NCBI GenBank assembly: GCA_043797735.1
Contig: JAZDPH010000044.1
Span: 1-52,656, forward strand
Source: Candidatus Omnitrophota bacterium
GTDB lineage: Bacteria > Omnitrophota > Gorgyraeia > Gygaellales > Profunditerraquicolaceae
Length of the DNA: 52,656 bases
Direction: 5' to 3'
Part shown: positions 36,277-45,074 of the stretch, one piece after another
Numbering within the stretch: the stretch's first letter is position 1
How the letters are laid out: each line of letters starts with the position of its first letter
Notes under the pieces: generated by a model
Seen by the model: the letters and a program-made list of their open reading frames with translations, nothing else
The model's database searches: none
What the model was told of the DNA's origin: nothing
Translations under genes and position numbers: made by a program

Positions 36277-36637
36277 CGAATATGGGCACCTGGGCCCTCA
36301 CCGCAAGGGCGATGCTGTCGGAAGGCCGGGCATCGATAACCTTATCTTCTCCGGAAGAGGATTTTAGGACAATTTTGGCGTGGAAGGTGTTTTCCTTTAA
36401 TTTATCAATAATAATTCTATCTATCCTGGCATCAAGTTTCTCTATCGCAGAATGCAATAAATCATGTGTCAGGGGGCGGGGCGGGGTGAAACCGCTGACC
36501 TTTAGTTTTATCGCCGATGCCTCGGAGAGCCCGATTACGATAGGCAAGATACGTTCGCCATTCTTCTCCTTCAAAACAATAAGCTGATCATGCCTTTTCT
36601 CATCAATAACAATCTTGTTCAACTCCATCTCAACCAT
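36224..36637 (-). CDS. bifunctional nuclease (BFN/DUF151) domain protein
   Basis: 137 aa; the pattern ILPIVIGLSEASAI...RPLTHDLL...FHAKIVL...IDARPSDSIALAVRAQVPIFV is typical of the BFN family. Confidence 0.65.
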   Translation of the reverse strand: MVEMELNKIVIDEKRHDQLIVLKEKNGERILPIVIGLSEASAIKLKVSGFTPPRPLTHDLLHSAIEKLDARIDRIIIDKLKENTFHAKIVLKSSSGEDKVIDARPSDSIALAVRAQVPIFVEDEIIKESEMFNKENR

Positions 36638-36655
36638 AAATACCCTCCGCTTGAG

Positions 36656-37156
36656 TCAATATTTTTTGCGTTTGGAAATAATCCTTTTGGGCTTGCCGGC
36701 CTTTTCTTTATTCAGCATATCTTTGAGTTCATCCATAAACTGCCCGACGTCTTTAAATTGCCTGTATACGGAAGCAAACCTTACGTAGGCGACGTCATCA
36801 AGGCCTTTTAGCCTCTCGATGACCAGTTCGCCGATGCGCGCGGAAGATACTTCGCGGTCTGATTTTTTCTGCACCGCCCGTTCCACCTGCGTCAGGATCG
36901 TCTCCATCTTTTCCATGCTCACCGGCCTTTTTTCGCAGGCCCTGGTTATACCGGAAAGAATCTTTTTGCGGTCAAAAGCTTGGCGCCTGCCGTCTTTTTT
37001 TATCACCATCAAGGAAACTTCTTCTATGTATTCGTAGGTGGTAAAGCGCTTGCCGCACTTAAGGCACTCGCGCCTTCTGCGCACCGCCGACTCTTCTGCC
37101 GTTGAGCGCGAATCTACAACTTTATCTTCTTTATAACCGCAAGAGGGACATTTCAT
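36656..37156 (-). CDS. nrdR: transcriptional repressor NrdR
   Basis: [42 protein letters not shown] zinc ribbon plus ATP-cone; 166 aa. Confidence 0.9.
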   Translation of the reverse strand: MKCPSCGYKEDKVVDSRSTAEESAVRRRRECLKCGKRFTTYEYIEEVSLMVIKKDGRRQAFDRKKILSGITRACEKRPVSMEKMETILTQVERAVQKKSDREVSSARIGELVIERLKGLDDVAYVRFASVYRQFKDVGQFMDELKDMLNKEKAGKPKRIISKRKKY

Positions 37157-37620
37157 TTGTTCTTTATTTGTTTTATTTTTACCCCGGCCTCTTTAAACAG
37201 GCGCCTGGCCAATTCGTCGGGATACCCGTCTGATATTATTATTTCTTTGACTCCCGCGCTAATCAGCATCTTAGTGCAGGTGACGCAAGGCTGATTAGTC
37301 ACATAAAGAGTCGCGCCTTGTAAATCTACCTTATGGATTACAGCCTGAATTATTACATTCTGCTCCCCGTGCAAGGCCCGGCAGAGCTCCTGGCGCTGGC
37401 CCGAAGGAATATTCAATTTCTGCCGGAGACAGCCGATATCCGCGCAATGGGTTAAGCCGGAAGGCGCGCCGTTATATCCGGTTGCTAAAATCCTCTTCTC
37501 CCTCACCGCAACTGCCCCGATATGGCGGCGCAGGCAGGTCGAGCGCTTTGCCACCAGCCTGGCAACCTCTAAAAAATACTCGTCCCAGCTGGGGCGCCTG
37601 TGAGCTTTATTCTTTTTCAT
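37153..37620 (-). CDS. dCMP/cytidine deaminase family zinc enzyme
   Basis: The zinc-binding motifs are HGEQNVI and PCVTC; the protein is 155 aa. Confidence 0.75.
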   Translation of the reverse strand: MKKNKAHRRPSWDEYFLEVARLVAKRSTCLRRHIGAVAVREKRILATGYNGAPSGLTHCADIGCLRQKLNIPSGQRQELCRALHGEQNVIIQAVIHKVDLQGATLYVTNQPCVTCTKMLISAGVKEIIISDGYPDELARRLFKEAGVKIKQIKNK

Positions 37621-38872
37621 CGCATTCCTTATATAAAGGAAACTTTTTAGTCAACCCTAAGACTTCCTGTTTAATCTTTTTTAGTTTATCGGGGTTATCG
37701 CTTGCCTCTATTGCCTCATAGATAAACTGGGCGATTTTATGCATCTGGGGCTCCTTCATCCTGCGGGTAGTTACCGCCGCAGTCCCCAGCCGTATCCCGC
37801 TGGTAACCGCCGGGCTTTTTTTATCAAAAGGGATAAGGTTTTTATTTACGGTAATCCCCGCCTCGCCTAAAACCCGGGAGGCGTCTTTACCGGTAATGCG
37901 TTTTTGAGTCAGGTCCGCAAGGAGTAAATGCGTATCCGTCCCCGAGGCAACAATGCGAAAACCCTTTTGCTGGAGGGAGGCGGCTAACTGCCGGCAGTTT
38001 CTTACTACCTGGCGCTGATAAGCCCTAAAGGCCGGCGTCATTGCTTCGCGGAAGGCAACTGCCTTGGCAGCGATAGTGTGCATTAAGGGCCCGCCTTGTA
38101 TTCCGGGAAATATACGGGAGTCGATTTTTCTGGCAAACTCTTTTTTGCAGATTATAAAACCGCCCCGCGGGCCGCGCAGAGTCTTATGCGTAGTCGAAGT
38201 AACAAACTCCGCGTAAGGCACCGGAGAAGAATGAACTCCTGCCGCTACCAGCCCTGCGATATGCGCCATATCCACCAGCAGACAGGCGCCTACCTTATCG
38301 CAAATTTTACGGAACTCCTTGAAATCAATGCGGCGCGGATAGGCCGAGGCGCCGGCGATAATCATTTTAGGCTTATGTTTTTTTGCCAACTCCATAATCC
38401 CGGCGTAATCCAGCATCTCGGTCTTACGGTCAACGCCGTAACCGGCTATTTTATAATACATCCCGGAAAAATTATGCGGGTGGCCGTGGCTTAAGTGCCC
38501 GCCGGCGGCTAAGTCCATCGCCAGCACCGTATCGCCTAAGTTGAGCGCGGTACAAAAAACCGCCATATTCGCCTGCGTACCGGAATGCGCCTGCACGTTT
38601 ACATGCTCTGCGCCAAAAAGTTTCTTTGCCCGCTCGATAGCCAGCTCTTCTACCTCATCCACATATTCACAACCGCCATACCAGCGATGATGCGGATAGC
38701 CCTCGGCATATTTATTGGTTAAGACAGACCCCTGCGCTTCAAGCACAGCGGAAGAAGTAAAATTTTCCGAGGCAATCAACTCCAGGCCCTCCTCTTGCCT
38801 TATGATTTCATTCTTTATCGCTTCATAAATCTTGGGGTCAGTTTTTTTTAAGTTTTTCATTCTTTCTTGCAC
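37607..38872 (-). CDS. glyA: serine hydroxymethyltransferase
   Basis: [31 protein letters not shown] and the PLP-lysine region [12 protein letters not shown]; 421 aa. Confidence 0.9.
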   Translation of the reverse strand: MQERMKNLKKTDPKIYEAIKNEIIRQEEGLELIASENFTSSAVLEAQGSVLTNKYAEGYPHHRWYGGCEYVDEVEELAIERAKKLFGAEHVNVQAHSGTQANMAVFCTALNLGDTVLAMDLAAGGHLSHGHPHNFSGMYYKIAGYGVDRKTEMLDYAGIMELAKKHKPKMIIAGASAYPRRIDFKEFRKICDKVGACLLVDMAHIAGLVAAGVHSSPVPYAEFVTSTTHKTLRGPRGGFIICKKEFARKIDSRIFPGIQGGPLMHTIAAKAVAFREAMTPAFRAYQRQVVRNCRQLAASLQQKGFRIVASGTDTHLLLADLTQKRITGKDASRVLGEAGITVNKNLIPFDKKSPAVTSGIRLGTAAVTTRRMKEPQMHKIAQFIYEAIEASDNPDKLKKIKQEVLGLTKKFPLYKECDEKE

Positions 38873-39318
38873 CCTATTTGCTTCTCAATCTTTTTTAACA
38901 ACCCCAGGCGCCTCTTGTGCCTGCCTCCGAGGAACCCGGTATCCAGCCAGGCTGCGGTAATTTTTTTAGCCAGCGCGCCGCTTACAAAAGAAGCGCCCAA
39001 AACCAAAACATTGCTGTCATTATGCTGACGGGTAAGCTGTGCCGCCTTTACGTTATAACATAAAGAGGCGCGCACCTCGGGAAACCTGTTGGCGACGATA
39101 GAATTGCCGATACCGGTATGGCAGATAAGTATCCCCATCTTGCAGTTTCCCGCAGATATACTCTTAGCCAGTTGGGCTGCCAAAAGCGGATAATCACAGC
39201 GCTCATCCGAATAGGCGCCTAAATCCCGGACTTCAAGCCCCCGCCCGGCAAGATAGGGCTTTAGCTTTTCCTTGAGCTTAAATCCGGCATGATCAGAAGC
39301 AATTAATATCCTTTTCAT
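38857..39318 (-). CDS. rpiB: ribose-5-phosphate isomerase B
   Basis: The RpiB/LacAB-family N-terminus is [17 protein letters not shown] and the internal core is [10 protein letters not shown]; 153 aa. Confidence 0.85.
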   Translation of the reverse strand: MKRILIASDHAGFKLKEKLKPYLAGRGLEVRDLGAYSDERCDYPLLAAQLAKSISAGNCKMGILICHTGIGNSIVANRFPEVRASLCYNVKAAQLTRQHNDSNVLVLGASFVSGALAKKITAAWLDTGFLGGRHKRRLGLLKKIEKQIGCKKE

Positions 39319-40379
39319 ATTATGTTACTTACCCTTTCCACTGCTTCTTTTATTAAACCGTATATCTGTTCGTAAAAATCCTCTCCCCTGCCGATGGGGT
39401 CCTCAATATCCAACCGGCCATTGTCTTCTATTTTAGCAAATTCTTTTAATAAGAAAAGCCTATTTTTTACCTCCGGCGCCAATTCCAGTATTCTATCCTC
39501 CTGAATCTTTTCCATAACCAGGATGATATCGGATTTCCTGAGCATCTCTTTAGTCACCCTCTGTGAACGATGCTGCGAAACATCTATCCCTTTCTTTGCC
39601 AGGACTGCCCTTGCCCCATCGCTGGCGCTTAAGCCCCCCAGCATCATTATCCCGGCAGAAAACACCTCAACGTCATCTCTGTCTTTTTCCCTAAGCCGCT
39701 TTTCCAAAAGCGCCTTGGCCATAACTGAACGGCAGGAATTACCGGTGCAGACAAAAAGAATAGCCTTCTTTTCAACTGTATTTTCAATCTCTTCTTTTCT
39801 TATCGCCGTCTCTCTTAAGATCTGCGGCGGGGTAACGCTTAGGTCCACCACTGAAGACTCTAAGGCCAGCTTTGCCTCTCCCGCATCAATAGCTAAATCC
39901 ACCAAATCTTTTAAGTCCTTTAACGCCTCCTCAAAATTTACCGGGGCGCTCTTTCCGGAAATATTCGCCGAGGGGCAGGCTAACTCCGTACCGGCCTCAG
40001 CGATGATCCTTAAGGCAACCTGATTATCCGGCATACGCAGGCCTATTTTACCTCCTTTTTTTGATTTCAGGATGATAGTCAGCGGCCCGGGCCAGAATTT
40101 ATTGATAAGTTTGTAGGCGGCAGGCGGTATATCGGCGCAGAGCTCTTCGATTTTATCCTTCTCCGCGATAAGCAAGACAAAGGGCTTATCCTTGGGGCGG
40201 TTTTTTATCCGGTATAACTTATCTATCGCCTTTTGGTCGCCGGAGGCCGCAGCCACCCCGTAAACCGTATCCGTCGGAATAATCACCAGGCCGCCTACCC
40301 TTAAGATACCGGCGGCCTCCCTGATTAATTCACTTTGTGGGCTAAGCGGATCGGTTTTTACTATTCGTACCAGGCTCAT
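39315..40379 (-). CDS. tsaC: L-threonylcarbamoyladenylate synthase (YrdC/Sua5 domain) fused to low-molecular-weight phosphotyrosine phosphatase
   Basis: N-terminal YrdC pattern PTDTVYGVAAASGDQKAIDKLYRIKNRP; C-terminal LMW-PTP P-loop ILFVCTGNSCRSVMA. Confidence 0.75.
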   Translation of the reverse strand: MSLVRIVKTDPLSPQSELIREAAGILRVGGLVIIPTDTVYGVAAASGDQKAIDKLYRIKNRPKDKPFVLLIAEKDKIEELCADIPPAAYKLINKFWPGPLTIILKSKKGGKIGLRMPDNQVALRIIAEAGTELACPSANISGKSAPVNFEEALKDLKDLVDLAIDAGEAKLALESSVVDLSVTPPQILRETAIRKEEIENTVEKKAILFVCTGNSCRSVMAKALLEKRLREKDRDDVEVFSAGIMMLGGLSASDGARAVLAKKGIDVSQHRSQRVTKEMLRKSDIILVMEKIQEDRILELAPEVKNRLFLLKEFAKIEDNGRLDIEDPIGRGEDFYEQIYGLIKEAVERVSNII

Positions 40380-40858
40380 AGCTTGATTTTAATCCTCTTG
40401 ATTTTTATGCGCATTCCCTGTTTATATTTAACAAGCGCCGAGCTGATCCTGCTGTCGCCGATGGCCAGGATCCGGAGGGCAAATAACGCGGCGTTCTTGG
40501 CCCCGGCCCTGCCGATGGCCATAGACGCCACCGGGACCCCGGCAGGCATCTGCACCGTGGATAAAAGTGAGTCCAGGCCTTTTAAGCTTTTTGTTTCTAT
40601 TGGTATGCCGATTACCGGCAGGGTCGTATGCGAAGCAACTACCCCGGCCAGGGCGGCCGAGCCGCCGGCTGCGGCGATAAAGACCTTTGTCCCTTTTCTG
40701 GCGGAGCTATTTACATACTCCTCCAGTTCTTTCGGCGTCCTGTGCGCCGATAAGACCTTCACTTCAAAAGCGGCCCCGAACTCCTTCAATACCTCTATCG
40801 CCGCCTGCACCGTATCTAAATCCGATTCGCTGCCCATTATGATGCTAATCTTATCCAT
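40376..40858 (-). CDS. purE: N5-carboxyaminoimidazole ribonucleotide mutase
   Basis: ISIIMGSESDL...VFIAAAGGSAALAGVVASHTTLPVIGIP; 160 aa; C-terminal RIKIKRIKIKL tail encoded by a short tandem repeat. Confidence 0.85.
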   Translation of the reverse strand: MDKISIIMGSESDLDTVQAAIEVLKEFGAAFEVKVLSAHRTPKELEEYVNSSARKGTKVFIAAAGGSAALAGVVASHTTLPVIGIPIETKSLKGLDSLLSTVQMPAGVPVASMAIGRAGAKNAALFALRILAIGDSRISSALVKYKQGMRIKIKRIKIKL

Positions 40859-40873
40859 AAAGCTCCTCCCCCT

Positions 40874-40935
40874 AAAAAGGTTAAGGTTAAGGTTAAGGAT
40901 GAGGATGAGATGAGGCTCAACCTTAACCTCAAACT
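40874..40935 (-). terminator. hairpin built from (ggttaa)x3/(atgagg)x3 repeats followed by a T5 run on the minus sense; possible intrinsic terminator or attenuator between purD and purE
   Basis: The minus-sense RNA reads gaggttaaggttgagcctcatctcatcctcatccttaaccttaaccttaacc-uuuuu-agggggaggagcuuu-AUG (purE). It shares the 14-mer ctcaaccttaacct with the aroK leader element. Confidence 0.4.
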
Positions 40936-40939
40936 AATC

Positions 40940-42241
40940 CTATTTTATTGCCCTGCGTCCAATATCCCGGCGGTAATGCATCCCTTCAAAACTTATCTTC
41001 CCCACCGCCTGATATGTCTTATTAATCGCTTCTTTTATGGTATTGCCCAAACCTGTCACTCCCAAAACTCTTCCCCCGTTGGTAACGTATTTTACTGTCG
41101 ACTGTCGACTGTCGACTGTCGACTGAATAGTCCCCGCATGAAACACCATTACATCTTTCAACTTCGCAGCCTCCTCTAACCCGGAAATCTCCTTTTCCCT
41201 CTGGTAACTTCCCGGATATCCTCCTGCGGCGCAGACTACGCATACGCAGGCTCTGGCTTCCCAGCTTAACCCGCCGGCCTTGGAAAATTTAGTTAATTTA
41301 TCATTGCTTACCGCCAGCATTACCTCCAATAAATCAGAATTCAGGCGCGGCAATATCGCCTGGGTTTCAGGATCCCCGAAGCGCACGTTAAATTCCAAAG
41401 CCTTAGGCCCTTCTTTGGTAAGCATAATCCCGGCGTATAAAACCCCCCGGTATACTATGCCCTCTTTGCTCAAGCCGTCTATTGTCCGGTAGATTACCTT
41501 ATCCAGAATCTCTTTAAATAATCCCTCGGTAACTACCGACGCAGGGGAATATGCCCCCATCCCGCCGGTATTGGGGCCTTGGTCGTTATCAAAAACTCTT
41601 TTGTGGTCCTGGCTTGAGGCAAGCGGGATGACCTGCCTTGAATCGGTTAAGACAATAATTGAGGCCTCTTCGCCCTGGAGGCACTCCTCTATGATAACTT
41701 TATTCCCCGCTTCGCCAAAGGCCTTATCCTGCATCATTGCGCTTACTGCTTTTTTTGCCTCATCTACGGTCTTGGCGACCACTACACCTTTTCCCTGTGC
41801 CAGGCCATCGGCTTTTACCACGCAAGGCGCGCCGATTTTTTCAATATATTTTAAGGCTTGGCCGGCATTATCAAAGACGCGGAAATCCGCCGTGGGGACA
41901 TTGTATTTTGCCATTAACTCCTTGGCAAAAACTTTACTCCCCTCCAAGTTGGCGGCTCCTCTATCGGGCCCGAATACCTTTAAGCCGTATTTGGCGAATT
42001 CGTCGCTTAAGCCGGCGGCAAGCGCCGCCTCAGGGCCGACGACAGTCAAATCTATTTTTTCCCGGCGCGCGAAATCCAATAACTGCCGAGTATCATCCGC
42101 CTTTATATCAATGCATTCTGCAGATTGGCCAATCCCGCCGTTACCGGGGGCGCAAAATAGCTTATCCGTAAGGCTTGACTGCGCAATCTTCCACGCAAGC
42201 GCATGCTCCCTGCCGCCGGAACCGATAAGTAGTATTTTCAT
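40940..42241 (-). CDS. purD: phosphoribosylamine--glycine ligase
   Basis: MKILLIGSGGREHALAWK N-terminus; ATP-grasp core; 433 aa; contains in-frame (tgtcgac)x4 repeat near the C-terminus. Confidence 0.9.
   Translation of the reverse strand: MKILLIGSGGREHALAWKIAQSSLTDKLFCAPGNGGIGQSAECIDIKADDTRQLLDFARREKIDLTVVGPEAALAAGLSDEFAKYGLKVFGPDRGAANLEGSKVFAKELMAKYNVPTADFRVFDNAGQALKYIEKIGAPCVVKADGLAQGKGVVVAKTVDEAKKAVSAMMQDKAFGEAGNKVIIEECLQGEEASIIVLTDSRQVIPLASSQDHKRVFDNDQGPNTGGMGAYSPASVVTEGLFKEILDKVIYRTIDGLSKEGIVYRGVLYAGIMLTKEGPKALEFNVRFGDPETQAILPRLNSDLLEVMLAVSNDKLTKFSKAGGLSWEARACVCVVCAAGGYPGSYQREKEISGLEEAAKLKDVMVFHAGTIQSTVDSRQSTVKYVTNGGRVLGVTGLGNTIKEAINKTYQAVGKISFEGMHYRRDIGRRAIK
41096..41126. repeat. (tgtcgac)x4 heptamer tandem repeat inside purD coding sequence
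   Basis: ctgtcgactgtcgactgtcgactgtcgactg. It encodes QSTVDSRQSTV in a region where canonical PurD is a few residues shorter, and the reading frame is preserved. Confidence 0.85.
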
Positions 42242-42247
42242 CCCTGG

Positions 42248-43090
42248 TTAGTTCCTTTTACCTTTAAATAGCTTGCTGCTTTCCCCTAAAATATATATTT
42301 TACCGCCTGCGTCTATACGCGAGGCCCATTTAGGCCCTATAACATAATGAGGGGCCAACATCGGATACGCTAAAACAAAAGCCACGTCTGTCTCTGTGGG
42401 CAGGCCGTCTGCAAGGTGCTTATTAAATGCCTCTACGTTAACCCCCAAGGGTATCTCCACCGCCTCTTTATGAAGTTCTGCCTTTTTAATTATTTCGCTG
42501 CCGTCTTTGGATACGGAAAACCTAAAGTCCCCGCCTAAGACAGCGACGCCGGGTTTCTCGTTAGCCGGAAGAAGGTAAACCGTAATTGTTCCGTCCTGCT
42601 CGCGAAAGACATCGGTATTATAACGGCCAAACCGCATCGGCCCCGCGATAGAATGCACTGCCAGCCTGACCGCTCTGGCAAGCTCCAGGATCTGGCCGGA
42701 TACCTCCTGGTCGGCCCCCTCCAGCTTCATCTGCCCGGGGGAATCAGCCGGGCAGGAAAAAATATAGGCGGCATTAAATTTACTGCCGTCATCGTAAACT
42801 CGCCCGAAATAAACCCTCCAGATACCCGGCTCTTTTACCGCGACATAGTTTTCTAATTTTTCCAGGTCCGGCCGGCCCGGCGGCAATAACTCCGCCGCCT
42901 TTAGCGCCGCGTTATCATACTCGGCAATCTGCCTGCCGCGCAATTCAATCATCCCCAACTCTTCCAGGGAGGGCATCTGCTCCTGGCAAAATGCAGTCTC
43001 GCATAACATAAATAAAACCGCCAATGCAACCAGGCTTGTAGACGCTTTACGCAAATACTTAAGATACATTATCTTACAAAACAAATACAC
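42248..43090 (-). CDS. hypothetical secreted protein, 280 aa
   Basis: N-terminal hydrophobic signal-like segment (LVALAVLFMLCETAFC). It is embedded in the pur operon between the SPFH gene and purD. No family recognised. Confidence 0.4.
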   Translation of the reverse strand: MYLFCKIMYLKYLRKASTSLVALAVLFMLCETAFCQEQMPSLEELGMIELRGRQIAEYDNAALKAAELLPPGRPDLEKLENYVAVKEPGIWRVYFGRVYDDGSKFNAAYIFSCPADSPGQMKLEGADQEVSGQILELARAVRLAVHSIAGPMRFGRYNTDVFREQDGTITVYLLPANEKPGVAVLGGDFRFSVSKDGSEIIKKAELHKEAVEIPLGVNVEAFNKHLADGLPTETDVAFVLAYPMLAPHYVIGPKWASRIDAGGKIYILGESSKLFKGKRN

Positions 43091-43171
43091 TGTAAAAGAA
43101 ATAAATATTTGTTTCCTAACTTAATAAATTTAATAGAGTTATGTAAAGCGCCTATATTGCTTTTTTATGCG

Positions 43172-44044
43172 TTAATCCTCTTTATGCTCTTTTCTCTTCA
43201 GCGGCAAGACGCCGGCCATATCGCCGATTACGTTGACCAGTTCCGTGCCTGCCGGCACGACGATCTTGGCGTTATCTCTAAGCGCGGCCTCAACCGCCTG
43301 CAGTTTCCTTAAAATCTGGGCATTGCCGATAAAATATTTATTCGCCGCCTCATTGACCAGCCGAATCGCCTCTGACTCGCCTTCAGCCTGTAAGATCTTG
43401 GCCTGTTTGACGCCCTCGGCCTTTTTAATCTCCGCCCTCTTTTGCCCGTCGGCAACGGTCTCGGTGGCGGTGGCAAAGTCAATCGCGGAAATCTTTTCGT
43501 TTTCCGCCTTGACTACCTTGTTCATCGTCTCCTGCACGTCTTTAGGCGGGTCAATCTCCTTTAGCTCCGTGCGCACGATTTCAATGCCCCAATGCTTAGT
43601 CTCCTCGCAGAGAGTGTTATGCAATTCGGAATTAATTTTGCCTCTTTCGCTGTTTGCGGATTTTAAAGTAAGGGTGCCGATAATATTCCTTAATGTCGTC
43701 CGGGCTAAATTTACTATCTGCCACTGATAATTATTGACGTTATATTGGGAGCTTTTTACATGTTCTTCGTCGGAGGTAACCTTGAAGTAAACCTGCGCGT
43801 CCACCCGCGCATTCAGGTTATCGTTGGTGATAATCTCCTGCGGCTCGGCGTCAATCATTTGCTCGGTAACGTTTACCTGGTATAATTTTTCGATTACCGG
43901 CATAACCCAGTTAAGCCCGGGAGTAGCAAAACGGTTATATTTGCCCAACCGCTCAATCAACCCCCGGTGCGTGGGCCTGACAATCCTGATACCCATAAAA
44001 AATATCGCGATTGCAATCGCGATAAGCCAATAGATAATATTCAT
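43172..44044 (-). CDS. SPFH/band-7 (stomatin/prohibitin-like) membrane protein
   Basis: The N-terminal TM segment is followed by RIVRPTHRGLIERLGKYNRFATPGLNWVMPVIEKLYQVNVTEQ, a typical SPFH domain. The C-terminal region is coiled-coil and Ala/Glu-rich. Confidence 0.8.
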   Translation of the reverse strand: MNIIYWLIAIAIAIFFMGIRIVRPTHRGLIERLGKYNRFATPGLNWVMPVIEKLYQVNVTEQMIDAEPQEIITNDNLNARVDAQVYFKVTSDEEHVKSSQYNVNNYQWQIVNLARTTLRNIIGTLTLKSANSERGKINSELHNTLCEETKHWGIEIVRTELKEIDPPKDVQETMNKVVKAENEKISAIDFATATETVADGQKRAEIKKAEGVKQAKILQAEGESEAIRLVNEAANKYFIGNAQILRKLQAVEAALRDNAKIVVPAGTELVNVIGDMAGVLPLKRKEHKED

Positions 44045-44063
44045 ACTACCCCCCTTTTAATTG

Positions 44064-45074
44064 TTAGACAACCACTACTTCTTTTCTCCCCTTTATAACT
44101 TCTCCGATGACGCGGGATTTTACTTTGAGGCTGGCAAGTTTTGAAATTATCCTTCCGGCTGACTGGCGGCTGACAATTAAAACCATCCCCACCCCCATAT
44201 TAAAGGTATGGTACATCTCTTTGTCTTCTATGCCGCCCTTTTGTTGGATGAGGCGGAATATCTCAGGCACACCCCAGGAGTCTTTATAAATCATAACCTT
44301 GGCGCCGGTCGGAAGGATGCGCGCTATCTTATCGTAAAAGGCGCCGCCGGTGATGTGGGCTATACCCGTAATTCGTAAATCGTAATTCGTAAATCGTAAT
44401 AAAGATATGACCGGCTTAACATAAATGCGGGTGGGTTTGAGTAATTCCGCGCTCAGCTTCTTCAGTTCTTTCTGCGAAAAGGCCCTCCTTACCAGCGAAT
44501 AACCGTTGGAGTGTATGCCGCTTGACTCCAGGCCGATAATCACATCACCCGGCTTAATATTAGAGCCGTCAATAATATTTTTGCGCTCCACCACCCCCAC
44601 GCAGAAACCGGCGACATCATAATCGCTCTCCTTATACATCCCGGGCATCTGCGCGGTTTCGCCTCCGATCAAAGAACAGCCGGCCTGAATGCATCCGTCA
44701 TTTATCCCCTTTACTACGTCGGTTAAGATTTTCCTGCTTAAACTACTGTGGGCGATATAGTCCAGGAAAAACAACGGCCTTGCCCCGACACAGAGGATAT
44801 CATTTACATTCATCGCCACCGCGTCAATGCCGACGGTATCATGTTTGCCGGCCAAGGCGGCGATTTTTAACTTTGTACCCACCCCGTCCGCGGAAGAAAC
44901 TAAAACCGGGTCTTTGTAATCCTGCTTGGGAAACCTGAAAAAACTGCCGAAGCCTCCTAAGCCCTTTAAAGCCAGCGGCCCGCCCGACTTACTCATAAGG
45001 CCCTTAATCCCCCGCTTAAAAGCGCCTGCTTCGGAAATATCAACCCCGGATTTTTTATAGGTCAGCCCCTTCAT
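44064..45074 (-). CDS. purM: phosphoribosylformylglycinamidine cyclo-ligase (AIR synthetase)
   Basis: LTYKKSGVDISEAGAFKRGIK N-terminus, GIAHITGGAF and the PurM fold; contains a heptamer-repeat-encoded segment LRFTNYDLRITG. Confidence 0.9.
   Translation of the reverse strand: MKGLTYKKSGVDISEAGAFKRGIKGLMSKSGGPLALKGLGGFGSFFRFPKQDYKDPVLVSSADGVGTKLKIAALAGKHDTVGIDAVAMNVNDILCVGARPLFFLDYIAHSSLSRKILTDVVKGINDGCIQAGCSLIGGETAQMPGMYKESDYDVAGFCVGVVERKNIIDGSNIKPGDVIIGLESSGIHSNGYSLVRRAFSQKELKKLSAELLKPTRIYVKPVISLLRFTNYDLRITGIAHITGGAFYDKIARILPTGAKVMIYKDSWGVPEIFRLIQQKGGIEDKEMYHTFNMGVGMVLIVSRQSAGRIISKLASLKVKSRVIGEVIKGRKEVVVV
44366..44400. repeat. alternating (ttcgtaa/atcgtaa) heptamer tandem repeat inside purM coding sequence
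   Basis: cccgtaattcgtaaatcgtaattcgtaaatcgtaataaag. It encodes LRFTNYDLRITG just upstream of the conserved GIAHITGG, and the frame is preserved. Confidence 0.85.
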
